Shown: piece after piece, positions 10,394 to 21,777 of the stretch
Layout of the letters: each line of letters opens with the position of its first letter
How positions within the stretch are numbered: the first letter of the stretch is position 1
DNA from: Betaproteobacteria bacterium TMED22
GTDB lineage: Bacteria > Pseudomonadota > Gammaproteobacteria > Burkholderiales > Eutrophovitaceae
Assembly (NCBI GenBank): GCA_002167745.1
Contig: NHCB01000016.1
Location: forward strand, 6,623-70,622
DNA: 64,000 bases
Reading direction: 5' to 3'
Made by a program: the position numbers and the translations under genes
Notes under the pieces: model-generated
Databases searched by the model: none
What the model saw: only the letters and a program-made list of their open reading frames with translations
Told to the model about the DNA's origin: nothing

Positions 10394-11806
10394 TTATGAG
10401 CTGTAATACATATCAAACTCAACTGGATGGGTTGTCATGTTGAAACGGTTAACTTCTTCCATCTTGAGGTCAATGTAAGCATCAATCATCTCATCCGACA
10501 TAACGCCACCTTTTGTCAGAAATTCTCGATCGGCGCTTAGTGCTTTTAGCGCTTGCTCAAGTGAGCCACATACCGTTGGTATTTTTGATAGTTCTTCTGG
10601 ACTCATTGTGTAGAGATCTTGATCGACAGGCCCGCCCGGATGGATTTTGTTCTCTATGCCATCTAGTCCTGCCATTAGTAGCGCAGTAAATGCCAGGTAA
10701 GGATTAGCCATGGCGTCAGGAAAACGAGTTTCAATTCTTTTTGCTTTGTCACTTGCGACATGCGGAATCCTGATTGAAGCTGAGCGATTTCGTGCAGAGT
10801 AAGCCAGGTTTACCGGCGCCTCGAACCCGGGGACCAATCGTTTATACGAGTTTGTGCTCGGATTTGTAATTGCATTTAGCGCCTGAGCATGCTTTATGAT
10901 TCCGCCAATATAATAGAGGGCGGTCTCTGAAAGGCCGGCATATTCATCGCCAGCAAACAAGTTTTTCCCATCTTTCCAAACTGACTGGTGTACGTGCATT
11001 CCAGTACCGTTATCGCCTACTACAGGTTTTGGCATGAATGTTGCAGTCTTACCATACGAGTGAGCGGTATTCCAGATCGTATACTTTAGTATCTGAGTCC
11101 AATCGGCTCTTTTAACTAGCGTGTTAAATTTGGTTCCGATTTCACCTTGACCCGCCGCAGCCACCTCGTGATGGTGTACTTCAACTTCTACGCCTTGGGC
11201 TTCTAGAGCCATGCAGATGGCATTTCGTAAGTCTTGTAATGAATCCACTGGTGGAACAGGAAAATAACCACCTTTAGTCCTCGGACGGTGCCCAAGATTG
11301 CCGCCTTCCATTTCAATTCCAGAAGACCACGGAGCTTCCTCCGAATTTATTTTCACAAAACTGCCGCCGGCACTAACATCCCAAGTGATGCTGTCAAATA
11401 CAAAAAATTCCGGTTCTGGTCCAAAGTAGGCAGTATCTCCTATGCCGCTGGATTTCAAGTAGCCCTCAGCTCTTTTGGCAATTGATCTCGGGTCCCGGTC
11501 ATAACCCTTACCATCCGAAGGTTCAATAACATCGCAGCTAATGTTTAAAACAGGCTCTTCTGTGAACGGGTCTATCCGAGCTGAGTCCGGATCTGGCACG
11601 AGAAGCATGTCGGATGCCTGAATCCCTTTCCAGCCTGAAATTGAAGAGCCATCGAAAGCGTGTCCATCTTCAAATTTGCTTGTGTCGAACTCTCGGGTAG
11701 GCACTGAAACATGCTGCTCTTTGCCGCGAGTATCCGTAAAACGAAGATCGACAAATTTGACATCATTGTCAGCGATCATCTTGAGTACATCAGAGGGCGA
11801 TGCCAT
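10394..11806 (-). CDS. glnA: Glutamine synthetase type I
   Basis: 'FDGSSI', 'GPEPEFF', 'TFMPKP', '[13 protein letters not shown]'; adenylylation-site region 'DLY'. Confidence 0.98.
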   Translation of the reverse strand: MASPSDVLKMIADNDVKFVDLRFTDTRGKEQHVSVPTREFDTSKFEDGHAFDGSSISGWKGIQASDMLLVPDPDSARIDPFTEEPVLNISCDVIEPSDGKGYDRDPRSIAKRAEGYLKSSGIGDTAYFGPEPEFFVFDSITWDVSAGGSFVKINSEEAPWSSGIEMEGGNLGHRPRTKGGYFPVPPVDSLQDLRNAICMALEAQGVEVEVHHHEVAAAGQGEIGTKFNTLVKRADWTQILKYTIWNTAHSYGKTATFMPKPVVGDNGTGMHVHQSVWKDGKNLFAGDEYAGLSETALYYIGGIIKHAQALNAITNPSTNSYKRLVPGFEAPVNLAYSARNRSASIRIPHVASDKAKRIETRFPDAMANPYLAFTALLMAGLDGIENKIHPGGPVDQDLYTMSPEELSKIPTVCGSLEQALKALSADREFLTKGGVMSDEMIDAYIDLKMEEVNRFNMTTHPVEFDMYYSS

Positions 11807-11879
11807 TATTATTCTCCTAAACCTTAAAAATTGATTGAAATATTGAGTGCATTTACGCGTCTTAGCTCAGCCTACAACA

Positions 11880-11896
11880 TGCATAAACCATGCCAA
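11880..11896 (-). promoter_or_regulatory. Sigma-54 (-24/-12) promoter of glnA
   Basis: Minus strand TGGCATGGTTTATGCA fits TGGCAC-N5-TTGCA with correct GG/GC spacing. Confidence 0.8.
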
Positions 11897-11959
11897 CGTA
11901 TACTAATAAGGTTAAGTAAGGCATTATTAAGAATTAGCAACCGTAAATTCGTTTATTTT

Positions 11960-11976
11960 TGCATTATTATGGTGCA
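11960..11976. promoter_or_regulatory. NtrC binding site 1
   Basis: TGCATTATTATGGTGCA fits TGCACCA-N3-TGGTGCA. Confidence 0.85.
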
Positions 11977-11989
11977 TATTGGTTATTTG

Positions 11990-12006
11990 TGCACCATAAT
12001 AATGCA
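11990..12006. promoter_or_regulatory. NtrC binding site 2
   Basis: TGCACCATAATAATGCA, the exact reverse complement of site 1, 30 bp away. Confidence 0.85.
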
Positions 12007-12039
12007 ATTTTAAGCTTAAAAATTAAAGAATGGAGATAA

Positions 12040-12489
12040 ATGGATCTGAATAACGTAATTGAGCGTATAAAGGCCCGGGCAATCGACGCTAATTTGCCCT
12101 ATTTTGGTGCATCTACGCCGAAAGAATCGCAATTTATTCAAGAAAAAGTATCTTCAGCCTTTATTGTAGATGTTCGCACACGTCCCGAATGGATTTATGT
12201 GGGTTCAGTGCCCGGTTCGATTCAAATTGAGTGGCAGTTGTTTCCTACAGGCGAATTTAATGGCAGCTTTTTAGATCACCTGCGAGAAAATGTGCCAACG
12301 GATGCTTATGTATTATTTCTATGCAGAAGCGGGGCCAGATCACATGCTGCGGCCTCGTTGGCCAGTAATGCAGGCTATTCAAAGGCAATCAATGTTATCG
12401 ATGGGTTCGAGGGGGACAAAGACGCTTCTGGACATCGGGGTACCACGGCTGGTTGGAAATTTTCTGGATTACCCTGGGTTCAGAGTTGA
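12040..12489 (+). CDS. Rhodanese-like domain protein
   Basis: 'VDVRTRPEW', active loop 'LCRSGARS', 'GFEGD', 'GWKFSGLPW'. Confidence 0.9.
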   Translation: MDLNNVIERIKARAIDANLPYFGASTPKESQFIQEKVSSAFIVDVRTRPEWIYVGSVPGSIQIEWQLFPTGEFNGSFLDHLRENVPTDAYVLFLCRSGARSHAAASLASNAGYSKAINVIDGFEGDKDASGHRGTTAGWKFSGLPWVQS

Positions 12490-12515
12490 GATTTACGGTT
12501 AGGATGAGAATGGTG

Positions 12516-13331
12516 CTATACGGATTGCCACTCAATCAAGCCGGATTGCCAAGTTATGAGAATTATTAAGCCGAATATGATCCTATAGTACCCAAATGGT
12601 TTAAAGCTGTGCTTTGAGACAAAGTTAATAAGAACTTTGACTGTCAGTAGCGCGGTGATGAAGGCGACACAAAACCCCAATGATAGGGCGGGGAGGGACG
12701 AGTTGGTTAATAGCTCGGGAGTTTTAGCGAGATCAAACACTGTAGCAGCAAACATAGTCGGGATAGCCAATAGAAACGAAAATAGCGTCGCAGTTTTCCT
12801 AGGTAATCCAATGGAGAGTCCGCCTATGATCGTAGCTCCCGATCGTGAGACACCAGGAAAAATAGCGAGAGACTGGAAGAGTCCGATTTTGATCGCTTGA
12901 GAGAAGGTCATATCTTCGGGTTGCATTTCTTTATAGAATTTATTTTTGTTCTCTACAAAGATAATGATGATTCCTCCCAAGATAAGCGCGCAAGACACAG
13001 TAATGGGCGAGAACAAATAGGTTTTAACGACGTCGTGAAAGATCAGCCCAATACAAGCTGTTGGAATGAACGCAGCTGCGATTTTAGCGGCAAAGCTATT
13101 CCATCTTTTAGTAGGTAACTCTTTAAGTGTGTTACAAAGCGTGATTCTTTGATGCCAACACACAGCGAGGATAGCCCCTAACTGGATAACAACAAGGAAT
13201 GCTTTAACCTCAGCTCCATTCAGCGAGAGGAGACTCGAGGCGATGATTAAATGACCGGTACTCGATATCGGCAGGAACTCTGTGAGTCCCTCCAGTATTC
13301 CAATTAAGATAACCGTGAGCGTATTGTCCAT
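12516..13331 (-). CDS. uppP: Undecaprenyl-diphosphatase
   Basis: 'EGLTEFLPISSTGHL', 'PGVSRSGATI'. Confidence 0.96.
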   Translation of the reverse strand: MDNTLTVILIGILEGLTEFLPISSTGHLIIASSLLSLNGAEVKAFLVVIQLGAILAVCWHQRITLCNTLKELPTKRWNSFAAKIAAAFIPTACIGLIFHDVVKTYLFSPITVSCALILGGIIIIFVENKNKFYKEMQPEDMTFSQAIKIGLFQSLAIFPGVSRSGATIIGGLSIGLPRKTATLFSFLLAIPTMFAATVFDLAKTPELLTNSSLPALSLGFCVAFITALLTVKVLINFVSKHSFKPFGYYRIIFGLIILITWQSGLIEWQSV

Positions 13332-13419
13332 ATAGGAGTTCGATATTCAGTCGTTAGCCTACCTCATAAACGGCCCTAATTGCCTACCCCAGTCTCGCAA
13401 CGGACCCGGGTATCATAGC

Positions 13420-15294
<1,875 letters not shown>

Positions 15295-15502
15295 TTAAAA
15301 CTCCTTAAACCGGAACGGAAAATACAAAAAATAATGTGTGCTGATATGGATAGTATAGTGCAGACTAACCATTTCTGGTGGACTTAATATTTTTTGCGTC
15401 ATTCATTGCTTCATAGGAATGTCAGTTAAGTAATTTTAAATTTTAATATCAATGAATTATCATGCGTCGTTATGGTGTTGATCGGCACTCTACAAGTTCT
15501 TC

Positions 15503-16066
15503 ATGGATATAAAACAACAAAAAATAAAACTAAGAAAAGCAATCATAGAAAAGCGCGATCATTTGGCCGCAGCTTATCGTGACGAGATTTCGAAAACTAT
15601 TTCCGATCGTCTTTTGGGCTTGGATTGCTTTAAGGAATCGACAGTGATAGCAGCGTATATATCATTCGGAAGTGAGTTTCAGACAGAGATTGTGATTAAC
15701 GAAGCGTTGCGACTTGGTAAGACCATCGTACTTCCAAAAATTGAGTCTTCTAGTCGTTTACTTTCTTTCCGCACTTTTAGCGGTACTTTTAATGAGCTTT
15801 TGCGCGGACGTTGGGGTATACCTGAGCCTGATCCAGCAAAAAGTGAATTAATAGATTATTCTCAAATAGATTTAATGATAGTGCCTGGGGTTGCTTTCTC
15901 TGAGCGAGGGCTGCGAATGGGGTATGGTGGGGGGTATTATGACTCTGCAATGTCCAAATTGCCTGAATCGTCAGTTACAGTGGCACCTGTTTTTCCGATT
16001 CAAGTCCTTCCAGAAGTGCCTCTCGAGGCGCATGATCTAAAAGTTGATGTATTGATCACGATTTGA
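15503..16066 (+). CDS. 5-formyltetrahydrofolate cyclo-ligase
   Basis: 'VPGVAF', 'RMGYGGGYYD', 'HDLKVD'. Confidence 0.93.
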   Translation: MDIKQQKIKLRKAIIEKRDHLAAAYRDEISKTISDRLLGLDCFKESTVIAAYISFGSEFQTEIVINEALRLGKTIVLPKIESSSRLLSFRTFSGTFNELLRGRWGIPEPDPAKSELIDYSQIDLMIVPGVAFSERGLRMGYGGGYYDSAMSKLPESSVTVAPVFPIQVLPEVPLEAHDLKVDVLITI

Positions 16067-16077
16067 CAGGGGATAGT

Positions 16078-17343
16078 TTAATATTTTCGCCAAGTCTTCA
16101 TTTGTCTTTCAATGTAGTCGACGGTCTTTTGGAGTGCACCAACGTTTTGGTTAACGAATTGAATGGGGGTATCTCGCATAGCATTTGAGTTTTTTAGATT
16201 CGGTAATAATCTGTTTACCGCCAACATGGCCGAGTCAATATTTTCTGCATAGTGAATGACGTTTGCGGCTACGCCTTGCTTTACGATTTGACTAAAGTTA
16301 AAGGTGGAAGGTCCAGTGATAACATGCTTTCCAGTAGATAAGGCCTCTAGAGGGTTTTGTCCTCCTGATGGGACAAAACTGCCTCCCATAATTACGAGAT
16401 CAGAGCAAGCATAATAGCTATACATCTCGCCCATCGAATCACCTAACACGATGCGACAATTCTCGGGTACTGCTTTATTGACACTACGTCGGGCGAATGA
16501 CAATTTTTTGCTTTGAATGAGCGCCATAACGTCGGAGAAGCGCCGTTCATGCCTTGGCACAACCACCAGTAGATATTCCTGAGGACATTGAGATATAAAG
16601 TTGTCAATTATTGCGCCTTCCTCGCCTTCGTGAGTGCTGGCAGCAATGATGATATGCCTCTTTTCGCCAAACAGTTTTCGGAATTGATCTCCAAGATTGA
16701 GTTGATCTGGTGTGGGCTTGCGATCGAATTTGAGATTGCCAGTGACTAGAACCTCTTGTGCGCCAATTTCTCTCAGTCGCTCAGCGTCCTCGTTAGTTTG
16801 AGACAGTATGCCGCTCACTTTGCTCATAGTGAGAGCGCTTAGCCCCTTCACTTTAAGGTACCCACGCATCGACTTTTGAGATAACCGAGCATTTAACATG
16901 AAAATAGGGATAGAGTGTTCTGAGCATCGCTCAAAAAGTGTCGGCCAAATTTCCGTCTCCATAACCAAAAGACACACCGGTTTGTTATGTTTTATAAAGT
17001 GAGTAATAAATGGTTTGATATCGAATGGTAGGTATGAAACGCGTATCTTTTTCGAAGTGAAGGCCTTCGCGGTTTCCCGTCCGCCGGGTGTGCTGCAAGT
17101 GACGAGTAAATCAAATTCTGGATATCGACGCTCAATTCGTTCAATCAGCTCCTGGCATGCAAGCATTTCGCCGACGGATACGGCATGCAGCCAAATTACT
17201 GGTGTCGATGATTTTTGGCTCGATAGTCCAAATCGCTCCTTTAGATGTTTGCGATAATTAGGTTCTTTGCGACTTCTAGCGATTAGCCTCCCCACTATGA
17301 GAGGTAATATTGTCCAACTCAAAACTTTGTAGAGCGCGTACAT
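16078..17343 (-). CDS. waaA: Kdo transferase
   Basis: 'WLHAVSVGE', 'METEIWP', 'GNLKFD', 'AASTHEGEE', 'GGQNPLE'. Confidence 0.96.
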   Translation of the reverse strand: MYALYKVLSWTILPLIVGRLIARSRKEPNYRKHLKERFGLSSQKSSTPVIWLHAVSVGEMLACQELIERIERRYPEFDLLVTCSTPGGRETAKAFTSKKIRVSYLPFDIKPFITHFIKHNKPVCLLVMETEIWPTLFERCSEHSIPIFMLNARLSQKSMRGYLKVKGLSALTMSKVSGILSQTNEDAERLREIGAQEVLVTGNLKFDRKPTPDQLNLGDQFRKLFGEKRHIIIAASTHEGEEGAIIDNFISQCPQEYLLVVVPRHERRFSDVMALIQSKKLSFARRSVNKAVPENCRIVLGDSMGEMYSYYACSDLVIMGGSFVPSGGQNPLEALSTGKHVITGPSTFNFSQIVKQGVAANVIHYAENIDSAMLAVNRLLPNLKNSNAMRDTPIQFVNQNVGALQKTVDYIERQMKTWRKY

Positions 17344-18305
17344 TAGCTGATCATTTCGATAACGCTGGTGATGGTTGATTCAACCTCCCCCACATTTGGA
17401 AAGCGATTCTTAGAACCGCATATCTTGATGGGTCCGTTCCCCTGAGGTCCTGTTTTGAGTGGGTCTGAAGCACCAAAGATGGCAATAGAGGGTACTTCAA
17501 GGGCTGCAGCGAGATGCAAAAGTCCTGTGTCCAGCCCAATCACCAGGTAAGACTGGCTAATTAGCGTTGCTACGCCATCTATGGGCATCTTAGGTAAGAG
17601 TTCGCCCGCTGACAAAGATATAATTTTCTCGCAAATTGCTTGTTCGCCTGGGTTTCCCCAAGTAAATTGACAGTTGAATCCTTTCGAACTTAGATATTGA
17701 CTGATTTTTATCCAATCAGTTGTAGGCCATTGTTTTGTAGACTGAGCTGAAGAGCAGAAAATGACCACATTCTTTTTATTTGTCGCTGAGCGCTCCTTTT
17801 TGATCAGCCCGTAATGTGGCTTTTTAGCTACCTGATAATTTAAAGCCAAAGATGATAATTGACGACACCGGTCAAGCATATGTTGTTCTCGATTCACGCT
17901 GAACCTCATGTTGTAGCTCATCCCTGCCAGTTTTTCCTTAGAGTAACGAGGGCCAAATCCATAACTAGGACCTTTTGCTAATCGCGCAAATATTGCGCTT
18001 TTTATGAGTCCTTGTGAGTCAATAACTAGGTCGTATCGATACCTCCTGACGTTACGAATACAGTTTTTTAATTCGCTCCAAGTTGAAGAGGAAAATATTG
18101 ATTTTCTCCATCGTCGGAATGCTATAGGGATAATACGGTTAACCCCAATATGCAGCTTGACTAATGGCACGTAGGCTTCCTCAACAAGCCAATCAATTTT
18201 GCAATCTGGGAATTGAGCTCCAATATCCGAAACCATCGGAAAGTTATGGATAACATCACCCAATGAGGAAGTTTTTATGATGAGTATTCGCTTTGGCTTG
18301 TTCAC
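17343..18305 (-). CDS. waaC: LPS heptosyltransferase I (GT9)
   Basis: 'KTSSLGDVIH', 'IDWLVEE', 'DSQGLIKSA', 'DTGLLHLAAAL'. Confidence 0.92.
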   Translation of the reverse strand: MNKPKRILIIKTSSLGDVIHNFPMVSDIGAQFPDCKIDWLVEEAYVPLVKLHIGVNRIIPIAFRRWRKSIFSSSTWSELKNCIRNVRRYRYDLVIDSQGLIKSAIFARLAKGPSYGFGPRYSKEKLAGMSYNMRFSVNREQHMLDRCRQLSSLALNYQVAKKPHYGLIKKERSATNKKNVVIFCSSAQSTKQWPTTDWIKISQYLSSKGFNCQFTWGNPGEQAICEKIISLSAGELLPKMPIDGVATLISQSYLVIGLDTGLLHLAAALEVPSIAIFGASDPLKTGPQGNGPIKICGSKNRFPNVGEVESTITSVIEMIS

Positions 18306-18419
18306 GGTTAATTGCTTGGATTATTTCGGTAACAATTTAAATCATTTTACTCCGAGGCCAATGAATTGCTTAAAATAAAATATAAACTAGGCAAATTTGG
18401 TTTTAATGAGGATTTAAAG

Positions 18420-19175
18420 ATGTCGCTTACAGTTGAGACCAAAGTATGGGAAAAAGATTGGAGATTCATACTAAAAAAAGGATTGATCAAAAAAGTGATG
18501 CTGGGCCTTGGGCAATCTGCCTCAAAGCGACTACTTTTAATCAATAATGTTGATCGCCCCACCGAGGTTGCTCGTTACGCAGATCAATTGATTCATGAAG
18601 GCGTATTAGATGATTATTTATTTGTTGATGACTATGCTTCGGCTGCCCTAGACTTTTTTAAGATTACTAAAGACGACTTGGGGAAAGGGTATTACTACTC
18701 AATTGCTGAATTAGTATCTATTTTCTTGTGTGAAACCGATTATCTGGCGCACTTTTCCGGTGATACAGTTGGGCAAGATGGTATGCCTTCCAACTGGTTT
18801 GATACCGCAGTTGAGCTTTTGATAGAGAGGCCCGACGTCTCTGTTGTGAACCTTGCGTGGGACCTCAAATTCAGTGAGGTAGATAAAGATGCGATGTTTT
18901 TAGAGGAAATCTTCGCTTATGGTTACGGATTTTCAGATCAAATGTATGTGATTAGGTCGATGGAATTTAAAGATCAGATTTATAGCTACTCGCATCCGGA
19001 TTCTGATCGATACCCTAAATATGGAGGTGAATTATTTGAAAAGCGAGTTGACTCTTGGATGAGGGTCGAAAACCGTTTGAGAGCGACCTCGCGTAAATGG
19101 GGCTACCGCCATGCCAACTTTCCAGCTTGGTATTCGTTAAAAGGTATTTTATGGCGTCTGCTGCGCCAATATTGA
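18420..19175 (+). CDS. Hypothetical protein in LPS-core cluster, possibly a divergent glycosyltransferase
   Basis: Long ORF, ATG 18420 after GAGG; no recognised motif; call rests on context only. Confidence 0.6.
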   Translation: MSLTVETKVWEKDWRFILKKGLIKKVMLGLGQSASKRLLLINNVDRPTEVARYADQLIHEGVLDDYLFVDDYASAALDFFKITKDDLGKGYYYSIAELVSIFLCETDYLAHFSGDTVGQDGMPSNWFDTAVELLIERPDVSVVNLAWDLKFSEVDKDAMFLEEIFAYGYGFSDQMYVIRSMEFKDQIYSYSHPDSDRYPKYGGELFEKRVDSWMRVENRLRATSRKWGYRHANFPAWYSLKGILWRLLRQY

Positions 19176-19206
19176 TGGCTTTTAATGGGCGGATGTTCAT
19201 TTTCAT

Positions 19207-20070
19207 TCAGCTAATAGATGGGGACATTAGGAATTTGTCATACTTTTCCGGATGGCGCCTCATAGGCTCAGGAAATGAGTCATCTACCGCTAATGCGATA
19301 TAGCCCTTTTTAGGGTCTTGAAAGTCTCTGTTGGATTTTATTGTTTTGTCTAAAAATACTTTATCTTTGAATCGCGGGTCATCAAAAGTATGAGCGGTAC
19401 TATCCATCTTTTTAATAATATCTTCCAGTGTTAGAACCCAGGTAAAGTGCCACCCTCCGTCTTGGATATCCTGAACCCGACGTCTATTGAACCAAGTCCT
19501 TTTCAGAGATCGTAACGCACCGTTCGACTTGTAGCTTCTAACGCTTGATGCGTTGGCACGAAAAAATGTATTGAAGTGATGGATCGTTGTTATTTTCGAT
19601 CCCTTCCAAATAATTCCAGAGGGCCGAGTGGTATTTCCGTTTTTTACCCAAAGATTATTTAGGTAGTAACTATAATAGTTTTGAAGAAAATCACCACGGA
19701 GGAAGCGGGGATCGTACAAGCTTATTTTGCTTGGTTTTGGTATTTCATCAAGATCGGATATTAGTATCAAGTCGTTCGGGTTAGAGTCGAATAGTCCAGT
19801 AGTGATATTATTTCGAATGAAATTTTCGTTTTTCCAAAATTCATTTTCTCCAGGTGGGCGCGTTTCCAGTCGCTGATAACGAATTTTCGATTTATACTTT
19901 TCAAATTTATCAGTTTCGAAGATAGTTTTTCTTGGGAGTCCTTTATGAGTGTAAGTAGCCTCGGAGATAACAAAGTAGTCAACGTAATCCCAGAGCGTGT
20001 CCATGCGCAGTTGCAGTAACATTTCTTCATTGAAAAAACAAAAACAATCGTAAATTTTACGTTTATGCAC
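19207..20070 (-). CDS. GT17-family beta-1,4-N-acetylglucosaminyltransferase-like protein
   Basis: 'IYDCFCFFNE.MLLQLR', 'VDYFVISEA..TH.G', DxD 'ISDLDEIP', 'GGWHFTW'. Confidence 0.85.
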   Translation of the reverse strand: MHKRKIYDCFCFFNEEMLLQLRMDTLWDYVDYFVISEATYTHKGLPRKTIFETDKFEKYKSKIRYQRLETRPPGENEFWKNENFIRNNITTGLFDSNPNDLILISDLDEIPKPSKISLYDPRFLRGDFLQNYYSYYLNNLWVKNGNTTRPSGIIWKGSKITTIHHFNTFFRANASSVRSYKSNGALRSLKRTWFNRRRVQDIQDGGWHFTWVLTLEDIIKKMDSTAHTFDDPRFKDKVFLDKTIKSNRDFQDPKKGYIALAVDDSFPEPMRRHPEKYDKFLMSPSIS

Positions 20071-20158
20071 GCTTCAGGACTTCAATAATTGATTAAAATG
20101 TGGTCTTTAAACGCACTTTACTCTATTCGATGGTTCCACAAAAGGTCAGCGCAAAAAT

Positions 20159-20977
20159 ATGCATGATTACTCAATTACTTTTGCTTGTTATAACTCGCTT
20201 GCGTACACAAAAAAATGTGTTAACAGCTTAATTGCGTCACGAACGCCTATGAGTCGAGTGATCGTTGTCGACAATGGCAGTCATGATGGTACTCAAGACT
20301 ATTTAAAAGCCCAACCATTCGGAGGTGTGATATTCAATAAAAGTAACCTTGGATGCGGTATAGCTTGGAATCAAGGGGCCTTGGTGCAGCAGGCGGAGTG
20401 GACCATCATTATGAATAATGATGTGTTGGTGACTGAGGACTGGGCGAAGCGATTGATTGAGTCTGCTCTAGACTTGGACGTTAAAGTAATCAGTCCAGCG
20501 ATGATTGAGGGGCCCCTGGATTATGATTTTCAGGAGTTTGCTAAAGAGGCTGAGCGAGGTATGTCAGGCGTATCGCGTTTAGGGGCCAAGCACGCGGTTT
20601 GCTTGGCTGTTCATAAGAGTGTGTGGGAGGATATAGGATATTTCACTCCTAAGCCTCGATTGTTGGGTTATGAGGACACCATATTTTTTAATGAGATTGA
20701 AAAGGCAGGAATTCGGACGGCGATAACTGGAGCAGTTTGGTTTCATCATTTTGGTTCGGTAACGCAAGATCAAATGAAGAAAGAGAAGGGCCTCGCCATG
20801 TCCCAGGCTCTTGGTAGTCGACAGAATTACAAAATGTTAGGCATGAATTGGTTTGAGAGAAAAATGCGACGTTTTCAACTTAAGAAAAGCGAATCGTTTT
20901 GGAGGAAGACTGAAACACAGAGTTTTAACATGACCATTCATGGGTTAAGGCAAAATGGTCATTTTGTGTGGCGATGA
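20159..20977 (+). CDS. Glycosyltransferase family 2
   Basis: 'VVDNGSHDGT', 'NLGCGIAWNQG', 'MNNDV', 'GYED'. Confidence 0.88.
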   Translation: MHDYSITFACYNSLAYTKKCVNSLIASRTPMSRVIVVDNGSHDGTQDYLKAQPFGGVIFNKSNLGCGIAWNQGALVQQAEWTIIMNNDVLVTEDWAKRLIESALDLDVKVISPAMIEGPLDYDFQEFAKEAERGMSGVSRLGAKHAVCLAVHKSVWEDIGYFTPKPRLLGYEDTIFFNEIEKAGIRTAITGAVWFHHFGSVTQDQMKKEKGLAMSQALGSRQNYKMLGMNWFERKMRRFQLKKSESFWRKTETQSFNMTIHGLRQNGHFVWR

Positions 20978-21777
20978 ATGAACACGAGCAAATAGTCGGG
21001 ACGAGCAACAACAAAGCAGTAAAGCTCGACACTATTTCTGCGGTGATCATCACTAAAAATGCTGATCGTACGTTAGAGGCATGCCTCGACGCTCTGACGT
21101 GGGCATCAGAAATAATCATACTCGATAGCGGAAGTAACGATCGGACTTCACAAATAGCGCGCGCAAAAGGAGCAAAATTTCACTTCGCTGAATGGTGTGG
21201 TTTTGGTCCGCAAAAAAACTTAGCAATTGGACTCGCGCAGTCAGACTGGATATTGTCTATCGACTCGGATGAGTTCGTGAATAGGGATCTAGCCTCTGCA
21301 ATATTGCATACCGTTAGTTCATCGCCGGCAGAAGATGTTTTCGAATTATCGAGAATCTCCAATTATTGTGGGAAGCAAATGCGTCACTCGGGTTGGTTTC
21401 CAGACTTCGTACCAAGATTGTTTCGTAATGGGACCGCTCGATTTAGTGAAAGTCTGGTGCACGAGCGACTGATTTATGAGGGGCAAGCCAAACGTTTGGC
21501 TGGTTACTTGCTCCACGATTCGTTTCACTCTCCTGATGATGTCCTTAATAAGATGAACCGTTATTCGACCTTAGGTGCTGAGCAGCTTGCAAGTCAGGCT
21601 CAACGAGGAGGTGTGCTCCGAGCAGTTATCCATGGTTTAAGCGCTTTTTTAAAGACTTACATCATAAAAGCTGGATTTCTAGACGGAGCTGAGGGTTTTT
21701 TTCTTGCTGTCTCCAACGCAGAAGGGGCGTACTACAAATACGTCAAACTTTATTACTTGAATAAACTAAAACGTTGA
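20968..21777 (+). CDS. GT2 LPS core beta-1,4-glucosyltransferase-like (LgtF/WaaE type)
   Basis: 'DSGSNDRT', 'GFGPQKN', 'WILSIDSDE', 'GWFPD', 'VHE', 'GFLDG'. Confidence 0.88.
   Translation: MAMNEHEQIVGTSNNKAVKLDTISAVIITKNADRTLEACLDALTWASEIIILDSGSNDRTSQIARAKGAKFHFAEWCGFGPQKNLAIGLAQSDWILSIDSDEFVNRDLASAILHTVSSSPAEDVFELSRISNYCGKQMRHSGWFPDFVPRLFRNGTARFSESLVHERLIYEGQAKRLAGYLLHDSFHSPDDVLNKMNRYSTLGAEQLASQAQRGGVLRAVIHGLSAFLKTYIIKAGFLDGAEGFFLAVSNAEGAYYKYVKLYYLNKLKR

Noticed and set aside
15295-15502. 6S RNA upstream of the 5-formyl-THF cyclo-ligase
   Set aside because: The region is AT-rich with no long 6S-like rod structure and no zapA context
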